Shown here in pieces: positions 19,362 through 29,950 of a stretch of DNA of 64,000 nt. Below the pieces are notes generated by a model, which did no database searches, had not been told where the DNA came from, and was given only the letters and a program-made list of their open reading frames with translations. Origin of the DNA: an uncultured Alphaproteobacteria bacterium. GTDB lineage: Bacteria; Pseudomonadota; Alphaproteobacteria; MPNO01; UBA830. The stretch spans positions 4,046-68,045 of the forward strand of contig CAJWSW010000002.1 in assembly GCA_913046035.1 (NCBI GenBank). The letters are read 5' to 3'. Position 1 is the first letter of the stretch; each line of letters opens with the position of its first letter. Position numbers and translations under genes: made by a program.

Positions 19362-19519
19362 CGCACTTCTCCTGCAACGTTGCGCGTTATAGGAGACGAA
19401 GACAACCTTTGCAACAACACATTCGCCCGGAAAGCATTCTGAGTAGGAACAAATTGGGAATACACCTCGTATTGAGGATTCACGCTAGAGACGACGGTAA
19501 TGCTGTTTACCTAATATAG

Positions 19520-19819
19520 CTAGTTTTTAAACAGAGCCTCCACACCACTCCGATGTGCTTCCTTTTTAGCAATTTCGGCACGCACCCTTTCGATCTCTTC
19601 CGCCAACTCGGTTATGTATTCGTTCAACTCCTCGATAGACATCGGATCGAGATCCTGTTTCGGTTTTTGGATATTTTGAGGCAGATCGTCGTTGATATCC
19701 AAGTCATTACTCCAGTTAATGTGGTTTTGTCGATTAAGGTTCCTACTTGCCAGTCTGCCGCTAAGGCGATAGACCTGCAACAAAGGTTTAAAAAAATCGA
19801 GTCGATCTTTAGATGTCAT
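19520..19819 (-). CDS. DUF1192-family small protein (alphaproteobacterial). True start may be the internal Met (MSIEELNEY...)
   Basis: C-terminal 40 aa SIEELNEYITELAEEIERVRAEIAKKEAHRSGVEALFK matches the DUF1192 pattern. Confidence 0.5.
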   Translation of the reverse strand: MTSKDRLDFFKPLLQVYRLSGRLASRNLNRQNHINWSNDLDINDDLPQNIQKPKQDLDPMSIEELNEYITELAEEIERVRAEIAKKEAHRSGVEALFKN

Positions 19820-20814
19820 TTGACATTCCCAAAACTATGAACGCAGTAGAAATTTCTGAGTTTGGCGGCCCTGAAGTGCTTAAGTCGACTACCCGGCCGG
19901 TTCCAGAGCCCAGCGATGGGGAATTATTGGTCCGAAACGCAGCCGTAGGAGTGAATTTTCCCGATACGATGCAGCGCCAAGGTGGCTATCCGCCTCCACC
20001 GGGCATCACCGACATCCCAGGACTGGAACTTGCCGGCACGGTGGTTGCAGTTGGTCCCAACAATTCGCGCTATTCAGTAGGTGACGAAGTGTGTGCGCTT
20101 GTTTCAGGTGGAGCTTACGCTGAATATAGTGTTGTTCCAGAACCGCTCGCCCTGCCGTTGCCGAAAGGCTATGATACGGTTCGCTCGGCGGCCATTCCCG
20201 AAAATTTCTTCACTGTTTGGACCAATCTATTTGACGGTGTGCAACTGGTCCGTGGTGACAGTATTCTTATACACGGTGGTTCGGGTGGTATAGGTACTGC
20301 AGCCATCCAAGTATCGCGAGCTTTTGGGGCCACTGTTTACACAACTGCGCGTAATGCCGAAAAGTGCAAAGCGTGTAAACAGCTAGGCGCGGAACTGGCA
20401 ATAAATTACACTGACGAAGATTTTGTTGAAATCGTAAAAGACGCGACAGGAGGTGCCGGATGTTCTGTTGTCTTAGATATGGTGGGCGGGGATTATTTCA
20501 CGCGTAACCTTGAGGTTCTTGCGATGGATGGGCGCCTAGTGCAGGTCGCCGTTCAGAAAGGTGCTAAGGTGGACCTTTTTATACCAACCATTATGTCCAA
20601 GCGACTGCGTTACACCGGGTCAACGCTCCGACCGAGAACAGTACAACAGAAGGCTGCCATCGCAGAGGCCGTTGAACATAACCTCTGGCCGTTATTCGAA
20701 AAAGGCGATATCAAGCCCCTTATATACACAACCTTCCCGCTCACAGACGCTGCCGACGCGCATGCACTTATGGAGAGCAGCGACCACATAGGGAAGATCA
20801 TCCTAAGCGTTTAG
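19813..20814 (+). CDS. qor: NADPH:quinone oxidoreductase (zinc-type alcohol dehydrogenase superfamily, Qor)
   Basis: MDR fold. GGSGGIGTAAIQ nucleotide-binding motif. 333 aa. Confidence 0.85.
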   Translation: MSFDIPKTMNAVEISEFGGPEVLKSTTRPVPEPSDGELLVRNAAVGVNFPDTMQRQGGYPPPPGITDIPGLELAGTVVAVGPNNSRYSVGDEVCALVSGGAYAEYSVVPEPLALPLPKGYDTVRSAAIPENFFTVWTNLFDGVQLVRGDSILIHGGSGGIGTAAIQVSRAFGATVYTTARNAEKCKACKQLGAELAINYTDEDFVEIVKDATGGAGCSVVLDMVGGDYFTRNLEVLAMDGRLVQVAVQKGAKVDLFIPTIMSKRLRYTGSTLRPRTVQQKAAIAEAVEHNLWPLFEKGDIKPLIYTTFPLTDAADAHALMESSDHIGKIILSV

Positions 20815-20871
20815 CGGGACGGCCCAGCCAGCGGCGAACGCACAACCAAAGAGATCAGAAAGCATATTAAT

Positions 20872-21492
20872 ATGGCCAATCAAGCAACTGAAAATGCAAA
20901 ACCGCTTATGCCCAAAGCCACGGCAGTGTGGCTTATCGAAAATACCGGCCTGACTTTCCGCCAAATTGGTGCTTTTTGCGGACTACACGAATTAGAGGTG
21001 CAAAGTATTGCGGACGACGAAGTCGCAATCGGGATGGTCGGCTACGACCCAATAGTCAATGGACAGCTTACAAAAGAAGAAATTGAACGCTGTGAAACGG
21101 ACCCAGCCGAACGCCTCATAATGGCGAAAACAAATGTACCACGGCCAGCCACCCGCACAAAGGGACCAAAATACACTCCCGTTTCCCGGCGCGGCGACAA
21201 GCCGGATGCGATCGCCTGGCTGGTTAAACACTATTCCAACCTCACTGATGCTCAAATATCTCGCTTAATCGGCACGACTAAACCGACTATTAAGGCTATT
21301 CGCGACCGATCACACTGGAATATGAACAATATAACTGCACGAGACCCAGTAGGGTTGGGTCTATGCAACCGCCAAGACTTGGACAAAGAGGTACTTAAGG
21401 CTGGATATTCATCGACTCTCGAAGCACCACCAGTAGACGAGGAAAAACTGAGCAAAACATCTGGTGTTCCAATGCCAGAATTCAAGCTATAA
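20872..21492 (+). CDS. DUF1013-family protein (conserved in alphaproteobacteria)
   Basis: 206 aa, ...PKATAVWLIENTGLTFRQIGAFCGLHELEVQ... duplicated HTH-like pattern typical of DUF1013. Confidence 0.65.
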   Translation: MANQATENAKPLMPKATAVWLIENTGLTFRQIGAFCGLHELEVQSIADDEVAIGMVGYDPIVNGQLTKEEIERCETDPAERLIMAKTNVPRPATRTKGPKYTPVSRRGDKPDAIAWLVKHYSNLTDAQISRLIGTTKPTIKAIRDRSHWNMNNITARDPVGLGLCNRQDLDKEVLKAGYSSTLEAPPVDEEKLSKTSGVPMPEFKL

Positions 21493-21516
21493 GCCAATTC
21501 GCGATTTTAATTGCAA

Positions 21517-21531
21517 ATTAAATGACCTAAC
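21517..21531. promoter_or_regulatory. Perfect CtrA-type full binding motif TTAA-N7-TTAA (TTAATTGCAAATTAA)
   Basis: Direct read. Lies in a 354-bp convergent intergenic region. Confidence 0.35.
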
Positions 21532-21846
21532 GGACACCACATCACAATCACACAAGTGACGCGCATAACATCCCTCCGCTTCATTTTTAACTGTAGTTTT
21601 CATTTTTACGTATGGAAGTTGCTTCCGTCTGTTGATTGATTTAACGACGAAGGAATTAGCTTCACGCTTTAACACTCGCACCAATACTTTTCATAAAGCT
21701 GCGTGTCGAGGTTCTCGTGTTTCTTATTGACGGCTTTCTCCGCGAACAAGAAGATTACAAAAAATTTTCGACCTACCCCCTTACAGCTTGAATTGACGCA
21801 CCCGAACTAATTGAAACGTTGATTTGAAAGCAAATCACAAAATATT

Positions 21847-22392
21847 TTAAAGCGCGTCTTCGAGCTGGAAATCATTGAGATTAGGGAACGCAATCCGCAA
21901 TACGAAACACAAATTCTGCTTATCGGAGACGGAAATCGATCCAAAAGTAGCGAAATAAGTGGAAAGATTAGATGCGGCATCGACTAACCTCTCCGACGCC
22001 GTCTTTCCCTTGTCCGCCGTCATATCAAGCACTTCAGTTAACATAAGCTGTTCAGCGTGTTCGCAATCAATTTCGGTCTTTTGTATTCGTTGACGAAGCG
22101 ATTCACTTAATTGCGATGGCGCATTTCCAATGCCGCCTTTCATGCGAACACGTATTGCCCTCAGCGCTCGAACAACATCCTCGTGCCAAACAGACACAGC
22201 ATCCAACAAAACAGTCATTTGCTCCGTAGTAAGGGAGCCACGGCCAGAAGCACCGACCCACATGCAGAATAGAAGAATATTAACATCCAGCTCATGGGCC
22301 TTCTGGAGCTCTAAAAATGCCGCTCCAACACCTTCGGACATGTAGACATCAAGTGAAAAATCCCAAAAGGGATGATCGGGAAATTCAGTCAA
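21847..22392 (-). CDS. TIGR02444/DUF2390-family hypothetical protein
   Basis: 181 aa, conserved alphaproteobacterial hypothetical pattern (HPFWDFSLDVY...ELDVNILLFCMW). Confidence 0.5.
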   Translation of the reverse strand: MTEFPDHPFWDFSLDVYMSEGVGAAFLELQKAHELDVNILLFCMWVGASGRGSLTTEQMTVLLDAVSVWHEDVVRALRAIRVRMKGGIGNAPSQLSESLRQRIQKTEIDCEHAEQLMLTEVLDMTADKGKTASERLVDAASNLSTYFATFGSISVSDKQNLCFVLRIAFPNLNDFQLEDAL

Positions 22393-22514
22393 GATTTCGC
22401 CCTTTCATACATTTTAATATCTTAAACGCCTCAAAATACGTCATCGCAAAGCTAACAGCGAGCTACTAATTCTGTTATTCTTTACTCTTACCGGGGTGAA
22501 AGCGACAATTAAAA

Positions 22515-22715
22515 ATGAGCGATCAAGAATTGCTTCGCCTTAAGTTGGCCGAGCTTAAACTCGAGCACCGTGACCTAGACGATGTGATCACCCGCCTAAC
22601 GGAACGGGCATCATATGACCAACTGCAACTTCAGCGGCTTAAGAAACGCAAACTTATACTTAAAGACCAGATCACCCGAGCAAAAGCTATGCTTCATCCT
22701 GATATCATAGCATGA
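22515..22715 (+). CDS. DUF465 (YdcH-like) small protein
   Basis: 66 aa, ...LKLEHRDLDDVI...LQRLKKRKLILKDQI matches DUF465. Confidence 0.6.
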   Translation: MSDQELLRLKLAELKLEHRDLDDVITRLTERASYDQLQLQRLKKRKLILKDQITRAKAMLHPDIIA

Positions 22716-22872
22716 AATCCGCCGTGTTTATCTGATAGGATGTGTCTTGCTTATGTAGCAATTAACGCAACAAATGGATAACCACGGATTGCGAATAAGC
22801 TGTTCCCGCCTATAATGTGAAATGCTGTAATCTCCTGCCGAACTGGCGGGGTGGCACTTAGAAGGGATTTCT

Positions 22873-23406
22873 ATGGCGGCTAATAGGAAATCAAAACAGC
22901 CAAAAGAGCGGCAGTCCGGTAAAAAAGCTGCAGTCGTGGGGATAATAATGGGCAGCCAATCGGATTGGTCCACCATGAAACATGCGGCTGATGTGCTCGA
23001 AACACTCGACGTTCAATTCGAAGCTAAAGTAGTTTCAGCGCATCGCACACCTGATCGAATGATAGAGTACGCCAAATCTGCAAAGGGACGCGGTCTCTGC
23101 GTTCTCGTGGCTGGCGCCGGCGGCGCTGCACACTTACCAGGGATGGTGGCGTCGATGACCACCCTCCCAGTACTTGGGGTGCCGGTGGAGAGCAAAGCAC
23201 TCAGCGGGTTAGACAGCCTATTGTCTATTACTCAGATGCCTGGTGGCGTGCCGGTCGGCACCCTTGCGATTGGTACTTCGGGAGCAAAGAATGCCGGGCT
23301 ACTAGCAGCATCAATCGTAGCGCTACAAGATAGTATAATAGAGAAACACCTTATCAAATGGCGCGCGAAACAGACTGCCAGCGTGCCGGAAAACCCGACC
23401 GGTTAG
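22873..23406 (+). CDS. purE: N5-carboxyaminoimidazole ribonucleotide mutase
   Basis: [14 protein letters not shown]...[16 protein letters not shown] motifs. Confidence 0.95.
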   Translation: MAANRKSKQPKERQSGKKAAVVGIIMGSQSDWSTMKHAADVLETLDVQFEAKVVSAHRTPDRMIEYAKSAKGRGLCVLVAGAGGAAHLPGMVASMTTLPVLGVPVESKALSGLDSLLSITQMPGGVPVGTLAIGTSGAKNAGLLAASIVALQDSIIEKHLIKWRAKQTASVPENPTG

Positions 23407-23421
23407 TCTAAGGCTTTTAAA

Positions 23422-24507
23422 ATGACCTCTCCCCTGCCACCTGGCGCGACAATTGGTATTCTTGGCGGCGGACAGCTTGGCCGTATGGCAGCATTGGCGG
23501 CATCCGATCTTGGCTACAAATGCCACATATTCAGCCCAGATGCAGATGCGCCAGCGAAGGAAGTGTCAGGGGCGCAGACAACCGCGCCATATGAAGATCT
23601 TGACGCCGCTAGAAAATTCGCGCAATCCGTGGATGTTGTTACATTTGAATTTGAGAATGTACCGGACGATGTATTGGCTGTTATCTCGGAGCTATCTCCT
23701 GTGCGGCCCAGCGCCGAGGCATTACATGTATCTCAAGACCGTCAAACGGAAAAGGCCTTCATAAATCGTCTTGGAATTTCTACTGCCCCTTGGGCTCCGG
23801 TCCTGGAACAGAGCGACCTGAGTACGGCTGCAGCCCAGACGGGATTTCCAGCGATTCTTAAAACTGCGCGCTTAGGATACGACGGTAAGGGGCAAGTGCG
23901 TGTTGATGCCAAATCTGATCTTATGGCGGCCTGGACAAGCATTGGAAAAATGCCTTCGGTACTTGAGGGTTTTGTAGATTTCGAACGAGAAATTTCCGTA
24001 ATTGTGGCGCGCAGTGTTGAAAGTAAAACAGAGAGCTACGTGCCCGTGGATAACGTGCACAAAGATCATATTCTCTATTCTACATCAGCGCCCTCTTCGG
24101 TATCTGAAGAAATTGGCGAAAAAGCAAAGCAGATTGCAGACAAAATCGTAACAGCCCTCAATCTTGTTGGCCTCCTCGCTGTGGAAATGTTTGTGATGCG
24201 GGATGGGAGTGTTTTGGTGAATGAAATAGCACCTAGACCCCACAATTCGGGCCACTGGACTATGGACGCATGCGCAGCAAGCCAATTTGAGCAGTTTATT
24301 CGCGCCGTTGTTGGTTTACCACTTCGGGATCCCTCACGCCATTCCAATGCTGTAATGACTAACCTCATAGGATACGAAGCTGACAGGTGGAAAGACTTAG
24401 CAGGAGAAGCGAGCACATGCCTACATCTCTACGGCAAAGCAAACGCCCTGCCTGGACGTAAAATGGGTCACGTCACCCGGCTTTTTCCAGCTAAAGGTTG
24501 TACATAA
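23422..24507 (+). CDS. purK: N5-carboxyaminoimidazole ribonucleotide synthase
   Basis: ATP-grasp. IGILGGGQLGRMAALAA N-terminus. 361 aa. Confidence 0.9.
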   Translation: MTSPLPPGATIGILGGGQLGRMAALAASDLGYKCHIFSPDADAPAKEVSGAQTTAPYEDLDAARKFAQSVDVVTFEFENVPDDVLAVISELSPVRPSAEALHVSQDRQTEKAFINRLGISTAPWAPVLEQSDLSTAAAQTGFPAILKTARLGYDGKGQVRVDAKSDLMAAWTSIGKMPSVLEGFVDFEREISVIVARSVESKTESYVPVDNVHKDHILYSTSAPSSVSEEIGEKAKQIADKIVTALNLVGLLAVEMFVMRDGSVLVNEIAPRPHNSGHWTMDACAASQFEQFIRAVVGLPLRDPSRHSNAVMTNLIGYEADRWKDLAGEASTCLHLYGKANALPGRKMGHVTRLFPAKGCT

Positions 24508-25148
24508 CGTTTTTTAATAACACCGGTAATGACGTTCAACGGACTCAGAACGCGATCACACGTGTGCTCAAAACGTTTGCGGGTAGCGTGTATTTTCATT
24601 ACGTCACTGATCCGTCTGGACAAAAACTCGCGAGTGTCAGAACACTCTTCGCTGCGATCGTCAAGCCAGAAAAGTAGGGTTGTCCCCACGACCCCTGCAA
24701 GGAGGCCGCGCTTAGTGTAGAATGAGAAATCGGCGGACCGGTCGCCGACGGCGTACCATATGTCATCAACTGTTTGATAGAGCAGCCGAGCCCCTAGCAT
24801 GCTGTTTTGAGGCATAGCCAGCCAAGTCATCCCGCGGTGGACCGCTTCCTTGTGGGGTTCGAGAAAATTCAGTCGCGTTTCTACCGCCAAGCCCACGCGC
24901 TCATGCATACGCATTTTTGTTAGATCCTCCTCCTCAATCGAGTGGACCATGTACCGGTCCGCCTGTTGAGAAAAATGTCGGATCGCATCTACAACCCCCA
25001 GAGGAAACTCCCGCGCGACACATTCTTTGTCAAAGCCCAAATCAGAGGCAGCGTTGTTAAGTGCCGTAGCAGACCAACCATCGAACGGGATATGGTGCAG
25101 AGCGGCACCGATAAGCGCATCGCGCTCAGCAAGTGTTTCCTCTGTCAT
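24468..25148 (-). CDS. COQ9-family protein (rpsU-divergently-transcribed protein)
   Basis: 226 aa. Position divergent from rpsU and downstream of def. Confidence 0.7.
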   Translation of the reverse strand: MTEETLAERDALIGAALHHIPFDGWSATALNNAASDLGFDKECVAREFPLGVVDAIRHFSQQADRYMVHSIEEEDLTKMRMHERVGLAVETRLNFLEPHKEAVHRGMTWLAMPQNSMLGARLLYQTVDDIWYAVGDRSADFSFYTKRGLLAGVVGTTLLFWLDDRSEECSDTREFLSRRISDVMKIHATRKRFEHTCDRVLSPLNVITGVIKKRYVQPLAGKSRVT

Positions 25149-25150
25149 GT

Positions 25151-25726
25151 TTATCCCTCTTTGTCGACAGAAGACCCGGCCACATGCACCGTTGCATAAT
25201 CCATGAATGCCTTAAGCTCTTCATTGAAGCTGAGCAGCGAAAGGTCAGTCATACGCATTGGAAAAAGCACACCATCGAGATGATCTATTTCATGCTGAAC
25301 AACTCGGGCGTGAAAGTTAGTAGCTTCACGCTCGACCGCCTGGCCGTTTGGTAGGTAGCCACGATAGACAATGTGGGAATAGCGCGGAACCGCTCCAGTG
25401 ATACCGGGTATAGACAAACATCCCTCCCAACCCAACGTTAATTCATCGGTGACCGGTTCAAATTCGGGATTTATTAGCGCCGTTAGTGGAGAAAAATCGG
25501 TATCCGCGCCGTCCTCTCCGCCCCGTTCACGCGGTGACTTAAAAATGATGGCGCGTTTACCTTCGTAAACTTGCGGCGCGGCAAGCCCTACACCTACCGC
25601 ATCTTCCATGGTTTCAACCATGTCATCTAACAACTCTTCAACCTGTTTTGAGGTGGGGTCAGCGATTACAGCCGCCGACTTTAAAAGTACCGGTTGCCCC
25701 ATGCGGGCGATTTTTAAGAGGGTCAT
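25151..25726 (-). CDS. def: Peptide deformylase
   Basis: GVGLAAPQV, EGCLS, HEIDHLDG motifs. Confidence 0.9.
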   Translation of the reverse strand: MTLLKIARMGQPVLLKSAAVIADPTSKQVEELLDDMVETMEDAVGVGLAAPQVYEGKRAIIFKSPRERGGEDGADTDFSPLTALINPEFEPVTDELTLGWEGCLSIPGITGAVPRYSHIVYRGYLPNGQAVEREATNFHARVVQHEIDHLDGVLFPMRMTDLSLLSFNEELKAFMDYATVHVAGSSVDKEG

Positions 25727-25907
25727 AACATGTTCACAGTTGTAAGGAGCGTCAAAGTTTATAAATAGATTTTACTATTATAACTACGACTTCGGCGTTT
25801 AGGGCTTTAAAATCAAGTGCTAGTTGTGATATAAACTCGAAAAAGCCGGTGGAAACACCGGTTTTTGCTATTTTGCATTAAGATGCGGTCCTGAATAGGG
25901 CACTAAT

Positions 25908-26132
25908 TTGACTGGAGACGATGGAACCGTGGAAGTATCCGTTAGAGACAATGATGTCGACCAAGCGCTTCGCGCTCTAAAGAAAAAGATGCAACGCGAG
26001 GGCATTTTCCGGGAAATGAAAATGCGCCGCTCCTACGAAAAGCCATCCGAGCGGCGTGCCCGAGAGAAAGCGGAGGCCGTCAGACGGGCCCGTAAGCTGG
26101 AAAGAAAACGACTGGAACGCGAAGGCTTCTGA
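25908..26132 (+). CDS. rpsU: 30S ribosomal protein S21 (start codon uncertain; a GTG at about 25929 gives the canonical length)
   Basis: [58 protein letters not shown]. Confidence 0.9.
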   Translation: MTGDDGTVEVSVRDNDVDQALRALKKKMQREGIFREMKMRRSYEKPSERRAREKAEAVRRARKLERKRLEREGF

Positions 26133-26153
26133 GCTTTTTTTAAGAACGAGTGG

Positions 26154-26178
26154 AAAGGCCGCAACAAGCGGCTTTTTT
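26154..26178 (+). terminator. Rho-independent terminator after rpsU
   Basis: AAAGGCCGC-AACAA-GCGGCTTTTTT. Confidence 0.55.
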
Positions 26179-26229
26179 CATGCGCGATGTATCACCAATT
26201 GAATTCATGACCCACTTGAGCGAGCGACG

Positions 26230-27081
26230 GTGATGAGTGAAAAAAACGCCGATCAAATCGCATTTTGGAATAGTAGTCACGGCATAGCGTGGGCACGTAA
26301 TACCGACATTATAGATGTGATGTTTTCTGACATCACCGAAGCTATCGCAAGTGCGGCGGCGATCAATGTTGGCGATCATGTTCTTGATCTTGGCTGTGGA
26401 AGTGGTGGAACCATGCTCGCGGTGGCGAACCGAGTTGGCGCAGCAGGCTCGGTCACAGCAATAGATGTCTCCAACTCAATGATCGACCGTGCGGAAGAGC
26501 GATGTCGCGCTAAAAATTTGAAAAACGTCACGTGTATTCGAGGAGACGCTGCCTCCTATCCATTTTCCGACGCTTCTTTTAACAAATTGATTTCCCGTCT
26601 GGGCGCAATGTTCTTCGATGATCCTGCCGTTGCATTCACAAGACTTCGGCAAACACTTAAGCCCAGCGGACGCGTCGCCCTTGGAGTCTGGCGAGAACCT
26701 CGTGAAAACCACTGGGCAATGGAACCTGTGGCGGCGGCGAAGAAGTATTTAAATATGCCGCCTCGTCCCGGTCCCGAAGAGCCGGGCCCGTTCTCTTTCG
26801 CAAAACCAGATCGTGTCCGAAACATTCTAGCCGGAGCAGGATGGCGCGACATAGAGCTGTCGCCACTTAACTTCGTAATCCCACATGGCCGCTCGATAAC
26901 TGAAGCGCTTATCTTTGTGATGAGGATGGGTCCGCTTGCTGGGCCCCTATCCGAAGCAAGTGGCGAAAACCGAGTCAAGGCAATCGACGCTATCAAACAA
27001 GTATTGAAGAACAACACTGGCGACGACGGCATTGTCCGCATGGCAGGGGCATGCTGGATTGTTACGGCGCGGGCGGATTAA
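26230..27081 (+). CDS. Class I SAM-dependent methyltransferase
   Basis: VLDLGCGSGG motif I, 283 aa. Confidence 0.75.
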   Translation: MMSEKNADQIAFWNSSHGIAWARNTDIIDVMFSDITEAIASAAAINVGDHVLDLGCGSGGTMLAVANRVGAAGSVTAIDVSNSMIDRAEERCRAKNLKNVTCIRGDAASYPFSDASFNKLISRLGAMFFDDPAVAFTRLRQTLKPSGRVALGVWREPRENHWAMEPVAAAKKYLNMPPRPGPEEPGPFSFAKPDRVRNILAGAGWRDIELSPLNFVIPHGRSITEALIFVMRMGPLAGPLSEASGENRVKAIDAIKQVLKNNTGDDGIVRMAGACWIVTARAD

Positions 27082-27718
27082 AATGGCACACCTCTAGCGG
27101 CACATCATCGACGAAACGAGCGAGTGTATTGCGGGTCTCATTCAGCGAAATATTACTGTCGGCGGCCTCATTCACCACTATACGTTCAATCTGGATATTC
27201 CGCATATGCAACGCCTCAATCGCCGTAAGCGCGTGGCTTAAGCTGCCAAGATAGCTGCCAACGACTAGTACTACTGGCAAATCAATCGCAACCATTAGAT
27301 CGCGCATTGTGCGTTTTGCGTCTAGCGGCACCATCACGCCACCGGCTCCTTCTATGAGCAAACGGGCGCCGTCTTTTCGCGCATTTCTAATCGCCTTCCT
27401 ACAAAACTCAGTAATCTCGTCGACCGGCACCGTTCGACCCTCGAGTGCTGCTGCCATATCAGGAGACAATGGGGCAGCATATCGCCACGGCGAGATGCGA
27501 TGAATTGACTCCTCAATAGCATCTTCGCCTATGGCAGCGAGCAAAATACCGGTGTCACTCATCTGGGCAAAAGCTGGGTCAAAACCGCTGATCACTGGCT
27601 TTAAAACACGAACTACATCACCAGCGGCACGCCACTCACGGATCATTTTTTCGGCAACATAGGTCTTACCTCGGGCGGTGCCGCACGAAGTAACAAATAA
27701 CGCGCTCGCGTCAGCCAT
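27062..27718 (-). CDS. bioD: Dethiobiotin synthetase
   Basis: [24 protein letters not shown]-loop. Start at Met 27718, 8-nt overlap with bioF stop. Confidence 0.85.
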   Translation of the reverse strand: MADASALFVTSCGTARGKTYVAEKMIREWRAAGDVVRVLKPVISGFDPAFAQMSDTGILLAAIGEDAIEESIHRISPWRYAAPLSPDMAAALEGRTVPVDEITEFCRKAIRNARKDGARLLIEGAGGVMVPLDAKRTMRDLMVAIDLPVVLVVGSYLGSLSHALTAIEALHMRNIQIERIVVNEAADSNISLNETRNTLARFVDDVPLEVCHFNPPAP

Positions 27719-28898
27719 TGGTAATCTTGGACATGGACTCAAGATCCTCAATTAGGGGAATGACTGCGCCAACCAACGCGGCAACTTGTGCCTCCGTGTG
27801 TTCAGCAGTGAAGGTAAAGCGCAAACGCGACGTTCCAGCCGGAACCGTAGGGGGGCGAATAGGGGTGACAAGAAATCCACGTTCTTCCAGAAATTTTGAG
27901 GCGACGAGTGCCGCGTCTTCCTCACCGATAACCACCGGTACGATAGCGCTTTGAGGCGACGCAAGGCCCAATCTTGAGCAGAATAACTGCGCTAGCTTTA
28001 AAGGGCGCGCAACCCTCTCAGGGTCTCGCTGAATGATTTTAACACCCGCAATGGCAGCCGCAATCACCGATGGCGGTAGCCCGGTTGTATAAATTAAACT
28101 TCGGGCACGGTTTTTCATAAAATCGATAACCGAAGTTGATGCGCAAAGAAACGCGCCATAGCCGCCTACCGCTTTCGAGAGCGTGCCCATTTGTAATGGA
28201 ACATCTGGGTAAGGGTGATATTCAAAGGCGCTACCACGCCCCTCACCCAAAACGCCAAAGCCATGCGCGTCATCCACCATTAACCAAGCTTCGTGGTTAG
28301 TGCACAGATCTGCGAGAGTGTCTAAAGGAGCTCGGTCTCCATCCATGCTGAAAACACCTTCGGTCATCACAATACACTTGGCGACGAGGTTTCTTTCGCG
28401 TGAAAGAATTTCGGCAAGATCATCGGCATCGTTGTGGCGGAAGGTTAATATTTTTGCCCTTGAAGCTCGCGCACCCATGTACATCGATGCGTGTCCCAGG
28501 TTATCAATCACGATTAGATCTTCTGGACCGGCCAGCGCCGGCAAGATACCGCTATTTGCCATGTACCCGCTGCCGAAAACGCAGCTATCCTCAGTACCCT
28601 TCAACTCCGCAAGCCTTTTTTCAAGCTCGGCATAAAGCGGATTATTGCCGGTTATTAGGCGCGACGCCCCGGCGCCGACACCGTACAAAGCAATCGCCTC
28701 TGCAGCAGCTGCTTTCACCTCCGGGTGATGTGTCAGTCCAAGATAATCATTACAGCAAAAAGATATAAGGTCGCGCCCGTCACGCTGGATATGCACAGCA
28801 TCTGCTCTATAAGTTTCCACGACTGAGCGATACAACCCACGCGTGCTCAGGCTTTTGAGTTTGGATTTGGCGAACCGATCCAGCGATTCGTTAAACAT
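27711..28898 (-). CDS. bioF: 8-amino-7-oxononanoate synthase
   Basis: PLP fold-I, ...[12 protein letters not shown]... 395 aa. Confidence 0.9.
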   Translation of the reverse strand: MFNESLDRFAKSKLKSLSTRGLYRSVVETYRADAVHIQRDGRDLISFCCNDYLGLTHHPEVKAAAAEAIALYGVGAGASRLITGNNPLYAELEKRLAELKGTEDSCVFGSGYMANSGILPALAGPEDLIVIDNLGHASMYMGARASRAKILTFRHNDADDLAEILSRERNLVAKCIVMTEGVFSMDGDRAPLDTLADLCTNHEAWLMVDDAHGFGVLGEGRGSAFEYHPYPDVPLQMGTLSKAVGGYGAFLCASTSVIDFMKNRARSLIYTTGLPPSVIAAAIAGVKIIQRDPERVARPLKLAQLFCSRLGLASPQSAIVPVVIGEEDAALVASKFLEERGFLVTPIRPPTVPAGTSRLRFTFTAEHTEAQVAALVGAVIPLIEDLESMSKITNG

Positions 28899-28912
28899 GC
28901 AGAATCCCGCTT

Positions 28913-29947
28913 GTGATAGCTTTTAGCGCCCTTAGTATAGCGTATATGAGTTCTCCATCGATCCCATCTGATTCCGCCAACGAGATACGCAACGATTGGA
29001 CTAAGACAGAAGCTCGGAAGCTGATCTCAGCGCCATTAAATGATTTGTTGTATGACGCGCAAAAAATCCACCGCAGATACTTCGATGCTAACGAAGTGCA
29101 AGTTTCCACGCTACTGAGTATTAAGACGGGAGGATGTCCGGAAGACTGTTCTTACTGTTCTCAGAGTGCCCATCATAAATCCGATGTTGGCGCCGAAAAA
29201 TTGATGTCGCTAGAAGCTGTCAGGGCGGCAGCCCTCCGAGCAAAAGACTCTGGCGCTACCCGATTTTGCATGGGTGCTGCTTGGCGCGGACCGAAGGATC
29301 ACGATCTCGACAATGTTTGCGATATGATTAGCGAAGTAAAGGCGCTTGGGCTTGAAAGCTGCGCGACGCTGGGGATGCTAAAAGATGGTCAAGCAGAGCG
29401 ACTTAAGGAGGCAGGCCTCGACTTTTATAACCATAACCTCGATACGTCCGAAGAATATTATGAAAAGATAATCTCAACACGGAACTTCGAAGATCGACTA
29501 GCTACCCTAGCGCGGGTTCGCCAAGCCGGTATTAACGTTTGCTGCGGCGGTATTTTAGGCATGGGAGAGAACCGACATGATCGCGCCGATATGCTGCAAG
29601 TCCTAGCCTGCCTACCGGAACATCCAGAGAGTATACCTCTTAATATGCTGGTGCCTATCCCCGGAACACCGCTTGCCGATACTGACCCACTAGATCCGCT
29701 CGAACTAGTGCGGGCCGTTGCGACGGCCCGTATTATGATGCCTAAATCGATGGTTCGGCTATCCGCAGGCCGGTTGGAGTTAGATCCATCTAGCCAAGCG
29801 CTCTGTTTCCTCGCTGGGGCGAATTCTATTTTCTATGGAGATACACTGCTGACAACCGGTAATCCCCAGCAGCGCGTAGATCAAAATCTGTTTGAAAAGC
29901 TGGGTGTAAGACCTGCGCCCCTGGATGCCACCAGCCCAGCAGAATAG
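28913..29947 (+). CDS. bioB: Biotin synthase (true start possibly at the Met near 28946)
   Basis: Radical [14 protein letters not shown]. 344 aa. Confidence 0.9.
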   Translation: MIAFSALSIAYMSSPSIPSDSANEIRNDWTKTEARKLISAPLNDLLYDAQKIHRRYFDANEVQVSTLLSIKTGGCPEDCSYCSQSAHHKSDVGAEKLMSLEAVRAAALRAKDSGATRFCMGAAWRGPKDHDLDNVCDMISEVKALGLESCATLGMLKDGQAERLKEAGLDFYNHNLDTSEEYYEKIISTRNFEDRLATLARVRQAGINVCCGGILGMGENRHDRADMLQVLACLPEHPESIPLNMLVPIPGTPLADTDPLDPLELVRAVATARIMMPKSMVRLSAGRLELDPSSQALCFLAGANSIFYGDTLLTTGNPQQRVDQNLFEKLGVRPAPLDATSPAE

Positions 29948-29950
29948 CGC

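Noticed and set aside
21487-21684. 65-aa minus-strand ORF in the CtrA-box intergenic region
   Set aside because: No SD, no recognisable fold signature. Kept only as a remote possibility under the CtrA-box finding.
22790-22872. Possible ZTP (pfl) riboswitch upstream of purE (ACTGGCGG...GGTGGCAC resembles the P1/P2 core)
   Set aside because: The element order is wrong: the CCGCC pseudoknot partner lies upstream rather than downstream. The segment is too short, and purE is not a typical ZTP-regulated gene. An Rfam RF01750 scan would settle it.
22728-22976. 82-aa minus-strand ORF overlapping the purE start
   Set aside because: Antisense to purE N-terminus and its upstream region. No homology pattern.
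26556-27041. 161-aa minus-strand ORF inside the methyltransferase gene
   Set aside because: Antisense to a CDS with clear SAM-MTase motifs. Arg/Pro/Ser-rich composition.
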